A stretch of 32,000 bases of DNA from Corynebacterium amycolatum (lineage in GTDB: Bacteria; Actinomycetota; Actinomycetes; Mycobacteriales; Mycobacteriaceae): the NCBI RefSeq assembly GCF_049243625.1, contig NZ_CP046975.1. One strand, 5' to 3'. Both the position numbers and the translations under genes were made by a program. Under the pieces are notes generated by a model. The model was not told the DNA's origin and did no database searches. It worked only from the letters and a program-made list of their open reading frames with translations. Below are positions 18,603 to 27,662 of this stretch, in pieces; the first letter of the stretch is position 1; every line of letters begins with the position of its first letter.

Positions 18603-19382
18603 CTAAGCCGGTGGTGGCGGAGGCGGTGCATCCTCAGCCGGAGCTGGCGGTGGCGGTGGCGGAGCCTCTTCAGCCGGTGGTTCAGGCGCGGGAGGCGGCG
18701 GTGGCGGCACTTCCTCGACCGGCGCTTCGGGCTCCGGTGCTTCGGGCTCTGCAGCCGGAGCTGGCTCCTCGACCGGTGCTGGAGCCTCTTCAACCGGGGT
18801 CTCTTCCTCTTCTGGCTCAGGCGGCGGCGGAGGAGTCTCGCCGGGCGCGAGGCAGAACCCAGGCTTGTGCTCCGGATTAAGTGTCGATGCCAGGTTGCAG
18901 GCCCATTCCTTGCTCAGCATCCAACGGCCATCCCGGTGGATAAAGTCCACCTGCTCCACGAGCATCGGATCTTCCTCCGGACGGAGGATATTGACACCGG
19001 CTACGGCCTGCTTAGTAGTAAATCCAGGCGTGACCGGGTCAATGACATCAAAGCTGATTTCCTGCTCATTGGCACTGTGGGTGACAATGTCGAAGAAATC
19101 GCCGGCAGTATCGCCGTCCTCGATGGTCAGCGCCTTTTCCTCAATAGGTAGATCGGGGTTGATGAGGCGTGCGAGGACGTCGTTAAGCTCTGCGCGCGTC
19201 GGCAGCATGATGACGGGTTCCGCCGAGCTGGATGTCTTCGATTCAGTCGTCGGCGCTGCAGTATTGCCACCACCGCAGGCAACGAGCCCAAGTGCGCTGA
19301 CCGAGACCATCGCCGCTACTGTCACACCACGCGCTGTGCGCCAACGCATTCCGCTAACGCGCTGGTTGCAGGGGACTTTCAT
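18603..19382 (-). CDS. proline-rich lipoprotein, function unknown
   Basis: Signal peptide with lipobox LGLVACGG. GGAG lies 10 nt upstream of ATG 19382. A globular middle domain is followed by a 78-aa Pro/Glu/Ala low-complexity tail. Confidence 0.75.
   Translation of the reverse strand: MKVPCNQRVSGMRWRTARGVTVAAMVSVSALGLVACGGGNTAAPTTESKTSSSAEPVIMLPTRAELNDVLARLINPDLPIEEKALTIEDGDTAGDFFDIVTHSANEQEISFDVIDPVTPGFTTKQAVAGVNILRPEEDPMLVEQVDFIHRDGRWMLSKEWACNLASTLNPEHKPGFCLAPGETPPPPPEPEEEETPVEEAPAPVEEPAPAAEPEAPEPEAPVEEVPPPPPPAPEPPAEEAPPPPPPAPAEDAPPPPPPA
18606..18839 (-). repeat. low-complexity Pro/Glu/Ala-coding region (PPPPPP, EAPAP and PEAPE units)
   Basis: The translation ends ETPPPPPEPEEEETPVEEAPAPVEEPAPAAEPEAPEPEAPVEEVPPPPPPAPEPPAEEAPPPPPPAPAEDAPPPPPPA. 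It generates long shadow ORFs in other frames (18380-18793 on the minus strand and 18581-18880 on the plus strand). Confidence 0.8.
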
Positions 19383-19473
19383 ATGTGCACTACTCCAATA
19401 AAATCTGCATGAAGATTCGCTGGCTTCACACCATCCATAATCCTACACAAGGCCAAAACATCGCCTGGGTAAG

Positions 19474-20475
19474 ATGGTGGACATGTCGACTCAGGATCAC
19501 TCGCCATCTAGCTCGGCCTCTGCTAGCTCGGCCTCGTCTAGCACAGCCTCCCCTCGCCGAATCGTTGTCATCACCACCGGCGGCACCATCGCCTGCACCA
19601 CGGATCGCAGCGGTGCACTAACCCCGACCATCTCGGGTGCGGAGCTCGTCGCAGCGGTCGCGCAGCGTTACCCCGAGGGCATGTTAGAGCTGGAAGTTCG
19701 TGAGCTCGGCATGTTGGACTCGTCGAGTCTCACACTCAACGATGTCGATCGTATTCTCGCCACTATTCACGAAGTGCTTGACGACGACTCCGTGGACGGT
19801 GTCGTCGTAACTCATGGCACGGACACGATGGAAGAAACGGCGATGGCTGCCGATGTTTTCCATGCTGACTCGCGTCCAGTTGTCTTTACTGGGGCACAGC
19901 TTCCCTATGATCACCCGGAAACCGACGGACCGGGGAACCTCTTTGAGGCCGTGACCATTGCCTCCGATGCCTCTGCACAGGGAATTGGCGTTCTCATTGT
20001 CTTTGGCCACGCGGTCTTGCCGGTGCGAGGTGCGACAAAGTGGCACACGACCGATCCTTTGGCTTTTGCCACTAATGCCCCGGAGGAGCCGGTTCGTCCA
20101 GATCCGCTACCGCTGACCGCCTTGGCGGGCTCGAAGGTAGAGATTATCCCCGCCTACTTAGGTGCAGATGGATCACAGCTGGATTCGGCCGTCGCCGCCG
20201 GTGCCCGCGGCATTGTCGTAGAAGGCCTGGGGTCGGGCAATGTCTCCGATGCGTTTGCCGCCGCCATTGACCGGACCATTGCCGCTGATGTGACCGTCGT
20301 GATGGCGACGCGCGTCCCGCGTGGCGATGTCCACGCCGCCTACGGTGGTGCCGGTGGCGGTGCGACGCTGGCTCGGCACGGTGTGATTAGCGCTGGTTGC
20401 GTGCATGCACCGCAGGCGCGCATCATTCTCGCTGCCGCGCTGGCTGCGAATGTGCATCCGCAGACGCTGTTCTAG
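19474..20475 (+). CDS. ansA: L-asparaginase (type I-like)
   Basis: Active-site motifs VITTGGTIA and THGTDTMEET. The N-terminus is Ser/Ala-rich, and the start could be ATG 19483. Confidence 0.9.
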   Translation: MVDMSTQDHSPSSSASASSASSSTASPRRIVVITTGGTIACTTDRSGALTPTISGAELVAAVAQRYPEGMLELEVRELGMLDSSSLTLNDVDRILATIHEVLDDDSVDGVVVTHGTDTMEETAMAADVFHADSRPVVFTGAQLPYDHPETDGPGNLFEAVTIASDASAQGIGVLIVFGHAVLPVRGATKWHTTDPLAFATNAPEEPVRPDPLPLTALAGSKVEIIPAYLGADGSQLDSAVAAGARGIVVEGLGSGNVSDAFAAAIDRTIAADVTVVMATRVPRGDVHAAYGGAGGGATLARHGVISAGCVHAPQARIILAAALAANVHPQTLF

Positions 20476-20476
20476 T

Positions 20477-21139
20477 TCACGCCTCGATGATGCGGATGAT
20501 TTTCGCCGGATTTCCAGCCACGACTACGCCCGCGGGAACGTCCTTTGTCACCACGGCGCCCGCGGCGACCACGGAGTTGTCGCCGACGTGTACACCGCCC
20601 AGGATGATGGCTCCACCACCGATCCAGGCATTGCGCCCTATGATGATTTCATCTCCAGACTCTAGATAAGCGGCGCGGGCCTCAGCTCCCAGTGGGTGTA
20701 CTGGTGGAAGCAGCTGCACATTGGGCCCGAGCTGCGCGTAGTCGCAGATTGTCACCTTCACCACGTCGAGTGCGGTGAGCCCAAAGTTAATGAAAACGTT
20801 GTCACCGATATGGATGTTATCGCCGTAGTCCAGGTAGACCGGCGGGCGAACGGTGCTGCTCTCTCCGAAAGACCCCAGTGCCGGTGCTAGCACTTGCTGT
20901 GCTGCCTGCTGGTCTTCGCGGAATGCGACTTCAAATTCCGCGGCCACCTGGCCAATTCGCGCGTTCAGAGCCTGCGATTCCGGATGATTGGCGATATACC
21001 ACTGACCGTTCAGCATGCGCTGGCGGTTATCCAGACCGTCGTCGGGAAGTGTGGTCGTCGGATTCGGGTCTCGATCGGTGTTGCGCAACGAGGCGCGGCG
21101 AGCTGCCTCGAGCTCTGCAATACGGGATTCGGTAGTCAT
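20477..21139 (-). CDS. maa: hexapeptide-repeat O-acetyltransferase (maltose/galactoside acetyltransferase family)
   Basis: MLNGQWY N-terminal Mac-domain signature and a left-handed beta-helix repeat region (IGDNVFINFG, IGRNAWIGGGAIILGGVHVGDNSVVAAGAVVTKDVP). The symbol is tentative. Confidence 0.75.
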   Translation of the reverse strand: MTTESRIAELEAARRASLRNTDRDPNPTTTLPDDGLDNRQRMLNGQWYIANHPESQALNARIGQVAAEFEVAFREDQQAAQQVLAPALGSFGESSTVRPPVYLDYGDNIHIGDNVFINFGLTALDVVKVTICDYAQLGPNVQLLPPVHPLGAEARAAYLESGDEIIIGRNAWIGGGAIILGGVHVGDNSVVAAGAVVTKDVPAGVVVAGNPAKIIRIIEA

Positions 21140-21218
21140 AGTGGCCCAGTTTACGGTCAGCGCATAAACAGAGCGCCGCGAACGGCACCGAGGATAACGG
21201 CCATGTCAGGCAGCCGCA

Positions 21219-22685
21219 TCAAGCATCCGCATCGGGACCGAGATCGTCTTCACTTTCACGCTCAGGCTGCGGCAAGTCAAGAGCTGCTGCTTCGTCGGAA
21301 GCCAGCCACTCTGGCCAGTCCAAACTGCACACCGCTGAGCACGGACGCAGCTCCGGGTCGTCCTCCTTCAGCGTGATCATGCGGCCGGGGCCACTGGTGC
21401 GGCTTTCAAAGCGGACAGTCACAATCCCATGCCCCGAACCCTGTACCCAACCATGGCCATGCTCGCTGTGGTGCACATCCGAGGTAGGTGCCCACTTGGA
21501 GTCGGAAAGCCGAACGGTCGGCAACGCACCGGTTCCAGATAGCTCTACCAGGCCGGCGGGAGCGTCGGAAAGCGCAGGTGCTGGTACTCGATCTTCGACG
21601 GTGATAGCGCGGTCGAGCTCAGGAAACAGGACTTCTTGTATGTGCGAATCCAGCCCGGAGAAACCGACGCCCACCAGTCGCACTGGGCCAACCTCCGCGG
21701 GTGTGAACGCGATTCGGTGAGCGACAGCCATGAGGGTGTCGAAGTCCTGTGTGGCGTAGGCGAGCGTCTCAGATCGGGTATGGATGCTCAAGTCGGACAG
21801 ACGCACCTTGCAAGTGATGGTGCGGGCACCACGGCCATCTTTTTTGAGCCGTCGAAAAGCGGACTCGCCTGCGCGATCGATGGCGGCGTGGAGCTGGGCC
21901 TGCGACCCCAAATCCTCGGGATAGGTGTACTCGGCCGATACAGACTTGGCGACATCGCGTTCCTTAACCGGCCGGTCATCTGTCCCCTGCGCCAGCTGCC
22001 ACAGCATCACACCAGTTTTGGATGTCAGCGAAACCTCGACATCGCGCTGAGACATCGCGGCAAAATCACCAATCGTGTCCACGCCCAGAGTGTGCAGTTT
22101 TGCAGCGGTGACAGGGCCAATGCCCCAGAGCTTCTCTACCGGCAATGGGTGTAGTAGCTCGTGATTGCGTGCGGGGTCCAGCACGTACACGCCATCGGGT
22201 TTCGCCAGGCCGGAAGCAATTTTCGCGAACTGCTTGCCCGCGCCCGCGCCTATCGACGAGGCCAAGCCGGTCTCCCGCCGAATATCTGCCCGCAGTTGCT
22301 CCGCCCAGGCAATTACCTTCTCTATCGAGGCACCTTGCAGCTCCTCGGGCTCCATAAAGGCCTCATCGACGCTGAGCTGCTCCACCACGGGCACGCGCTC
22401 GCGAATTACAGAAAACACTCGGCGCGACACAGGCCCGTAGATACCCTTGCGTCCGCTGACCGTCACTGCGTTCGGTGGCATGAGCCGACGCGCGCGAGCC
22501 ATCGGCATAGCCGAGTGCGCACCGTACGCGCGAGCCTCATAGGAGGCACCGGCGACCACACCTCGACCGCCCAATCCGCCGACGAGAACCGGTCGCCCGC
22601 GCAGAGTCGGGCGGGTGAGCTGCTCGACGGACGCGAAGAACGCGTCCATGTCGATGTGCAGAACCCACCGCCCGGAAGTCGGCAT
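21219..22685 (-). CDS. dinB: DNA polymerase IV (Y-family) with an extended C-terminus
   Basis: WVLHIDMDAFFASVEQ, SVDEAF, and a HhH segment LPVEKLWGIGPVTAAKL. The clamp-binding-like QEVLF is at aa 350-354 and is followed by about 135 extra residues. The start is 15 nt downstream of the ileS stop. Confidence 0.92.
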   Translation of the reverse strand: MPTSGRWVLHIDMDAFFASVEQLTRPTLRGRPVLVGGLGGRGVVAGASYEARAYGAHSAMPMARARRLMPPNAVTVSGRKGIYGPVSRRVFSVIRERVPVVEQLSVDEAFMEPEELQGASIEKVIAWAEQLRADIRRETGLASSIGAGAGKQFAKIASGLAKPDGVYVLDPARNHELLHPLPVEKLWGIGPVTAAKLHTLGVDTIGDFAAMSQRDVEVSLTSKTGVMLWQLAQGTDDRPVKERDVAKSVSAEYTYPEDLGSQAQLHAAIDRAGESAFRRLKKDGRGARTITCKVRLSDLSIHTRSETLAYATQDFDTLMAVAHRIAFTPAEVGPVRLVGVGFSGLDSHIQEVLFPELDRAITVEDRVPAPALSDAPAGLVELSGTGALPTVRLSDSKWAPTSDVHHSEHGHGWVQGSGHGIVTVRFESRTSGPGRMITLKEDDPELRPCSAVCSLDWPEWLASDEAAALDLPQPERESEDDLGPDADA

Positions 22686-22700
22686 TGAGATTACTCTCCC

Positions 22701-25700
22701 CTACTGCTTGGCAATATCCGCCGAGCAGCCGTCCGCCACGTCGTAGCTCAGTGACTCTCCGCCAGCGACGACCTCGAAAGCGGTGGCAAGAACTTCCCGG
22801 GCGATGAGGTCAGCGTGGCGGTTTGCCCACTCTTCACGCTCGGACGGGACCTGCAGCTTCACCGAGATACGGTCGGTGACCTCGAGGCCAGCGTTCTTGC
22901 GGGCGTCCTGGAGACCGCGGATACGGTCAGCAGCCCAGCCACGGGACTCCAGGTCCTCGTCGAGCTCGGTGTCAAGCACGACCAGGCCATTGACGCCGTC
23001 GACCTCAGCGGTGGAATCCGGCGAGATCGCGACCAGATTGCGGGTGTACTCGCCCTCCTGCAGCGGAATACCATCGGCGACAACGGCGCCGTCGACAACC
23101 TCGTAGTTGCCGGACTTCACAGCCTTAATGACCTTCTGAACGTCCTTGCCCAGGCGTGGACCGGCCACGCGAGCGTTGACGGAGACCTCGAAACGTCCCA
23201 CCGAGTCCACGTCGGAGGTGAACTCCACCTTGTCGACGTTGACCTCGGAGGAAACGATGTCGGCGTAATCACGCAGACGTTCGGCATCCGGGAATGCCAG
23301 GGTTAGCTTCTTCAGCGGCAGGCGGTTTCGCAGCTGGTTGGCCTTGCGGATGCGCGATGTTGCCGAGCAGACATTGCGGACAATGTCCATGGACTCAACG
23401 AGTTCGTCATCGGTCGGCAGCTTGTCGACGTCCGGCCAATCCTCCAGGTGCACCGAGCGGCCGCCAGTGAGCGAGCGCCAGATGACCTCGGTGGCCATCG
23501 GCAGCAGCGGAGCAGCCACGCGGGTGAGAACCTCCAGCACCGTGTATAGGGTGTTGAATGCCTCTGGGTGCTTGACATCGCCGGCCCAGAAGCGGTCGCG
23601 GGAGCGGCGCACGTACCAGTTGGTCAGTGCGTCACAGAACTGACGGACCTCATCGGTGGCAGCAGCAATGTCGGTGTTGTCCAGGCACTCAGTGACAGCA
23701 CGGACAGTTGCTGCAAGCTTGGCCAGGATGTACTTGTCCAGGATGTTGTCGGAGTCCACCGACCACTCGGCCGGCTTGGAGGCGTAGAGCTGCAGGAACG
23801 AGTATGCGTTCCACATTGGCAGAAGCGCCTGGCGCACGCCCTCGCGAATACCCTGCTCGGTGACGATCAGATTGCCACCGCGCAGAATCGGGCTGGACAT
23901 GAGGAACCAGCGCATGGCGTCGGAGCCGTCGCGGTCGAAGACCTCGTTGACATCCGGGTAGTTGCGCTTGGACTTACTCATCTTGTTGCCGTCATCACCC
24001 AGCACGATGCCGTGGGCGACGACCTTCTTGAACGCCGGGCGGTCAAACAGTGCAACCGACAGGACGTGAAGCAGGTAGAACCAGCCGCGGGACTGGCCGA
24101 TGTACTCCACAATGAAGTCGGCCGGTGCGTGGGACTCGAACCACTCCTTGTTCTCGAACGGGTAGTGGAACTGCGCAAACGGCATGGAACCGGAGTCGAA
24201 CCAGACATCCAGGACGTCCGGGACGCGGCGCATCATGGACTTGCCGGTCGGGTCGTCCGGGTTCGGGCGCACCAGTTCGTCAATCTCCGGGCGGTGCAGT
24301 GTGGTCGGGCGAACGCCGAAGTCCGCCTCCAGCTCATCGAGGGAACCGTAGACGTCGACACGCGGGTACTCGTCGTTGTCGGAAACCCACACCGGAATAG
24401 GCGAACCCCAGTAGCGGGTACGGGAGATATTCCAGTCACGTGCCCCCTCGAGCCACTTGCCGAACTGACCGTCGCGCACGTGCTCCGGCATCCACTCAAT
24501 CTCGTTGTGGTTGAGCTCCACCATGCGCTCGCGGATCTTGGTAACGGACACGAACCAGCTTGGCAGTGCCATGTAGATTAGCGGCTCGCCCGAACGCCAG
24601 GAGTGCGGGTAGGAGTGCTCGATGGTGCGGTGCTGGACGACGCGGCCAGCGGCCTTCAGGTCACGGATGATGTCCTTGTTAGCGTCGAAGACCAACTTGC
24701 CCTGGTACTCCGGCACCTGGGAAGTGAACTTACCGTCCATGTCCACCGGAATGATGACATCGATGCCGTATTCATTACAGGTGTTCATATCGTCTTCACC
24801 GAATGCCGGTGCCTGATGGACCACACCAGTACCGTCCTCGGTGGTGACATAGTCGGCCACCATAATCTGGAAGGCGTTCGGGTGATCTGCGAAGTACTCG
24901 AAGATCGGCTGGTAGGTCAGACCTTCCAGGTCAGCACCAGCGAACGTAGCCACGACCTCGTGTTCCTTGCCCAATTCCTTGGCATAGGCACCAATCAGCG
25001 CCTCTGCCAGCAGGAAGGTCTTACCTGCAAACTCCGGCACGGAGGAATCCCCTCCGACCTTAACTACGGCATAGGTGACCTTCGGGTTCACGGCCAGGCC
25101 AAGGTTGGACGGCAGCGTCCACGGCGTGGTGGTCCAAGCGATAGCCGCAGTGTCAGCGAGCACCGGGTTGTCCGCCAGCGTCTTCTCCGCTGCAGAGCCG
25201 GCCTTGGCGCCGGTGAACGGGAAGGTCACGGTCAGGGTCGGGTCCTGCCGCATCTTGTAGGAGTCATCCAGGCGGGTCTCCTGGTTGGATAGCGGGGTGT
25301 GCTCTGCCCAGGAGTACGGCAGCACGCGGAACCCCTGGTAGACCAGGCCCTTGTTATAGAGCTCCTTGAAGGCCCAAATCACGGACTCCATGTAACTCAT
25401 GTCCATGGTCTTGTATCCGCCGTCAAAGTCAACCCAACGAGCTTGACGAGTGACATATTCCTTCCACTCGCCCGCATACCGCAGCACCGACTCGGCGCAG
25501 TACTTGTTGAAGTTAGCCAGACCCATTTCCTCAATCTGGCCCTTGTCCTTAATACCGAGCTGCTTCTCTGCCTCCAGCTCAGCCGGCAGACCATGGCAGT
25601 CCCAGCCAAAGACACGGCCAACCTGGTAACCACGCATGGTCTTGTAACGCGGAACGATGTCCTTGACGTAACCGGTCAGCAGGTGACCGTAGTGCGGTAG

Positions 25701-25961
25701 ACCGTTGGCAAACGGCGGGCCATCATAAAAGACGTATTCGTCCGCCCCATCGCGCTGATCAATAGAGGCCTGGAAAGTGCTGTCCTTACCCCAGTACTCC
25801 AGAACCTTTTCCTCCAGCTCCGGGAACTTCGGGCTCGACGTGTACTTACCAAAGTCAGCAGTGCGCGGATACGCGCCGCCTGCCGGAGTGGCCTCAGCAG
25901 AGGCATTTACATCGTTCGAATTAGACACCGTTTTTACGTCACTTCCGTGGTCGAACATCAT
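22701..25961 (-). CDS. ileS: isoleucyl-tRNA synthetase (type 2, actinobacterial/eukaryote-like)
   Basis: 1086 aa. HIGH-class motif PHYGHLLTG and KMSKS motif NKMSKSKRN. Editing domain and a long C-terminal extension are present. Confidence 0.95.
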   Translation of the reverse strand: MMFDHGSDVKTVSNSNDVNASAEATPAGGAYPRTADFGKYTSSPKFPELEEKVLEYWGKDSTFQASIDQRDGADEYVFYDGPPFANGLPHYGHLLTGYVKDIVPRYKTMRGYQVGRVFGWDCHGLPAELEAEKQLGIKDKGQIEEMGLANFNKYCAESVLRYAGEWKEYVTRQARWVDFDGGYKTMDMSYMESVIWAFKELYNKGLVYQGFRVLPYSWAEHTPLSNQETRLDDSYKMRQDPTLTVTFPFTGAKAGSAAEKTLADNPVLADTAAIAWTTTPWTLPSNLGLAVNPKVTYAVVKVGGDSSVPEFAGKTFLLAEALIGAYAKELGKEHEVVATFAGADLEGLTYQPIFEYFADHPNAFQIMVADYVTTEDGTGVVHQAPAFGEDDMNTCNEYGIDVIIPVDMDGKFTSQVPEYQGKLVFDANKDIIRDLKAAGRVVQHRTIEHSYPHSWRSGEPLIYMALPSWFVSVTKIRERMVELNHNEIEWMPEHVRDGQFGKWLEGARDWNISRTRYWGSPIPVWVSDNDEYPRVDVYGSLDELEADFGVRPTTLHRPEIDELVRPNPDDPTGKSMMRRVPDVLDVWFDSGSMPFAQFHYPFENKEWFESHAPADFIVEYIGQSRGWFYLLHVLSVALFDRPAFKKVVAHGIVLGDDGNKMSKSKRNYPDVNEVFDRDGSDAMRWFLMSSPILRGGNLIVTEQGIREGVRQALLPMWNAYSFLQLYASKPAEWSVDSDNILDKYILAKLAATVRAVTECLDNTDIAAATDEVRQFCDALTNWYVRRSRDRFWAGDVKHPEAFNTLYTVLEVLTRVAAPLLPMATEVIWRSLTGGRSVHLEDWPDVDKLPTDDELVESMDIVRNVCSATSRIRKANQLRNRLPLKKLTLAFPDAERLRDYADIVSSEVNVDKVEFTSDVDSVGRFEVSVNARVAGPRLGKDVQKVIKAVKSGNYEVVDGAVVADGIPLQEGEYTRNLVAISPDSTAEVDGVNGLVVLDTELDEDLESRGWAADRIRGLQDARKNAGLEVTDRISVKLQVPSEREEWANRHADLIAREVLATAFEVVAGGESLSYDVADGCSADIAKQ

Positions 25962-26229
25962 TAATACTCACCACGGGGACGCGTGCCTAGCCCCTTCAGC
26001 GTTGTTACTGGTGACACTGAAAAGGAGTCTCGCGCGGTACCACCCCGCTTGGCATCACGCTTTACGACGGTTCTTGCGAACAAGAACCATGCGGTTTCAC
26101 GCGATAGCCCGCTTATTTAATACGGCTTTGTAACGGTGCCAAACCGTTCGGTTCTACTGGGCCCATTTATTGCTGGACTGTTCTTCCGAAACGCTCCCCG
26201 GTGATGGCCGGCTCATTGCGTGTATGGGT
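25962..26229 (-). promoter_or_regulatory. T-box riboswitch leader of ileS
   Basis: The minus strand reads AAGCGGGGUGGUACCGCGCG (26050 down to 26031), which contains the canonical T-box core GGGUGGUACCGCG. The UGGU would pair with an ACCA tRNA 3' end. A candidate AUC (Ile) specifier lies at 26105-26103, immediately followed by GCGUG, which can pair with CACGC (26222-26218) next to an AAUGAG GA-motif-like sequence. There is a perfect 8-bp hairpin with a UUCG loop at 26069-26088. No U-tract terminator follows the T-box, which fits the translational (Shine-Dalgarno-sequestering) T-boxes described for actinobacterial ileS. Confidence 0.8.
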
Positions 26230-26232
26230 GTC

Positions 26233-26241
26233 AGTATAGCA
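26233..26241 (-). promoter_or_regulatory. candidate extended -10 (TGcTATACT) for the ileS leader
   Basis: The minus strand reads acTGCTATACTgacaccc. It lies just upstream of the proposed Stem I base and just downstream of the divIVA terminator. Confidence 0.3.
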
Positions 26242-26305
26242 GTGTCTCAGGCAACTACTACAACCCTGACCGAAACAAAGAATGCGCTTGGGTCGCAGGG
26301 AAAGA

Positions 26306-26362
26306 TAACAAAAACCACCGCGCTCTGCCTCCCCTTCCTGGGGAGCCGAGCGTGGTGGTTTT
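26306..26362 (-). terminator. rho-independent terminator downstream of divIVA
   Basis: The minus strand reads AAAACCACCACGCUCGGCUCCCCAGGAAGGGGAGGCAGAGCGCGGUGGUUUUUGUU: a long GC-rich hairpin followed by a U-tract, 20 nt after the divIVA stop. Confidence 0.7.
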
Positions 26363-26381
26363 CTACGTATTGGCTACGTAA

Positions 26382-27395
26382 TTAGTTGTTGTAGCCGTCG
26401 GCCGGGGCAGCCGACTCGCGAGAGTTCAGGTCGTCCAGCTGAGACTCCAGGAAGGTCTTCAGGCGGGTGCGATACTCGCGCTCGAAGATGTGCAGTTCCT
26501 CGATGCGACCCTCCAGAGCGGTCTGCTGCTCCTTGACAGTGGTCATAATCTCGTGGTGCTTGCGCTCTGCATCCTCCTGCAGCGCGGTTGCCTTCTGCTG
26601 CGCTGCGGTGATGGTGGCGTTGGAACGAGCGTCTGCGTCGCTAATCATTTGCTCGCTGCGCTGGCGAGCGTCGGTGAGGGTCGACTCAGACTCGTTGCGG
26701 GCATCAGCCAGCAACTGCTCACTGCGCTCCTTGGCATCAGCCAAAGTTGCGTCTGCCTCGTTGCGAGCGTTGGTGACAGTGCGCTCGGCCTCTTCATTGG
26801 CCTCTGCCACGGTGCGGTCAGCGTTCTCACGAGCCTCGGTGACAAGCTTGTTCGCCTCAGCGTCGGCGTCAGTGGTGACGCGATCGGCGGTGTCCTGAGC
26901 AGCCTGCAGGATACGAGCAGCACGGAGGCTAACTTCCTGCGACTCAGTGCCGGTGCTTGCTGCAACTGTCTGCGACTGCGCCGCAGATGCGGAGGAAGCC
27001 TGCTGTGCAGAAGCCTCTGCCTCAGAAGCACGCTTCTCAAGAGCATCCAGACGATCCTGGTAGCGAGCCTCAATCTCCTGCTGCTGAGCGTTCAGGCGCT
27101 CGTTGTACTCAGCGCGCAGCTCCTGCTCAATTTCCTTGCGCAGCTTGTCTTCATCGACAGCCGGCGTCGCAGCGACAGCACCAGAAGCGGCGTAGTCTGC
27201 GTCACCACCCTGCTCTAGCTGACCTTCAAGGTCCTCAACGCGCTGGCGCAGCTCAGCGTTTTCATCCTGGAGCTCACCCAGTGCGTCCTCCACGAGGTCG
27301 AGGAACTGGTCGACCTCATCCTCGTTGTAACCACGCTTGCCAATCGGAGGCTTGCTGAAAGCCACATTATGCACATCAGCCGGAGTCAACGGCAT
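26382..27395 (-). CDS. divIVA: cell-pole / division determinant DivIVA (Wag31)
   Basis: N-terminal [35 protein letters not shown] DivIVA domain and a long coiled coil. I chose ATG 27395, preceded by AGGGGA. The track start at 27413 is a GTG that would include that Shine-Dalgarno sequence in the coding frame. Confidence 0.93.
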   Translation of the reverse strand: MPLTPADVHNVAFSKPPIGKRGYNEDEVDQFLDLVEDALGELQDENAELRQRVEDLEGQLEQGGDADYAASGAVAATPAVDEDKLRKEIEQELRAEYNERLNAQQQEIEARYQDRLDALEKRASEAEASAQQASSASAAQSQTVAASTGTESQEVSLRAARILQAAQDTADRVTTDADAEANKLVTEARENADRTVAEANEEAERTVTNARNEADATLADAKERSEQLLADARNESESTLTDARQRSEQMISDADARSNATITAAQQKATALQEDAERKHHEIMTTVKEQQTALEGRIEELHIFEREYRTRLKTFLESQLDDLNSRESAAPADGYNN

Positions 27396-27427
27396 GGTGA
27401 GTTCCCCTAACACTTTGAGCGGACAGT

Positions 27428-27445
27428 TCTTAAGAAATCTTAAGA
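27428..27445. promoter_or_regulatory. two copies of the 8-bp palindrome TCTTAAGA spaced 10 bp apart, upstream of divIVA (candidate operator or 5'UTR structure)
   Basis: TCTTAAGA occurs at 27428-27435 and again at 27438-27445. These are AT-rich sites in a GC-rich genome, 33-50 nt upstream of the divIVA ATG. Confidence 0.3.
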
Positions 27446-27623
27446 GAATTATTTCCAGTAGTACTGTTTACCCGGCCAATCCTACCTGCTCTAGTCACAG
27501 TCCTCACCCCATTTATTTTGGGCAGGACTCTATCTCCCACGTTCTAACCAGTGGCAAAGTTCTAGTAAAACGTTAAACCTCGCCCTTACCCTGCACCTTT
27601 AGCCACAGAGCTTTACCCCCGAC

Positions 27624-27662
27624 ACAACAAAAACCCGTTGGGGATTACATTCCCCAACGGGT
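27624..27662 (-). terminator. rho-independent terminator between yggT and divIVA
   Basis: Perfect 12-bp stem ACCCGUUGGGGA / UCCCCAACGGGU with a 6-nt loop, followed on the minus strand by UUUUUGUUGUG. Confidence 0.65.

Noticed and set aside
23568-24581. 337-aa plus-strand ORF antisense to ileS
   Set aside because: Shadow ORF. The minus-strand frame contains the IleRS catalytic motifs.
26170-26385. 71-aa plus-strand ORF between ileS and divIVA
   Set aside because: It overlaps the ileS T-box leader/promoter region and the divIVA terminator hairpin on the other strand. It has no Shine-Dalgarno sequence and atypical codon usage.
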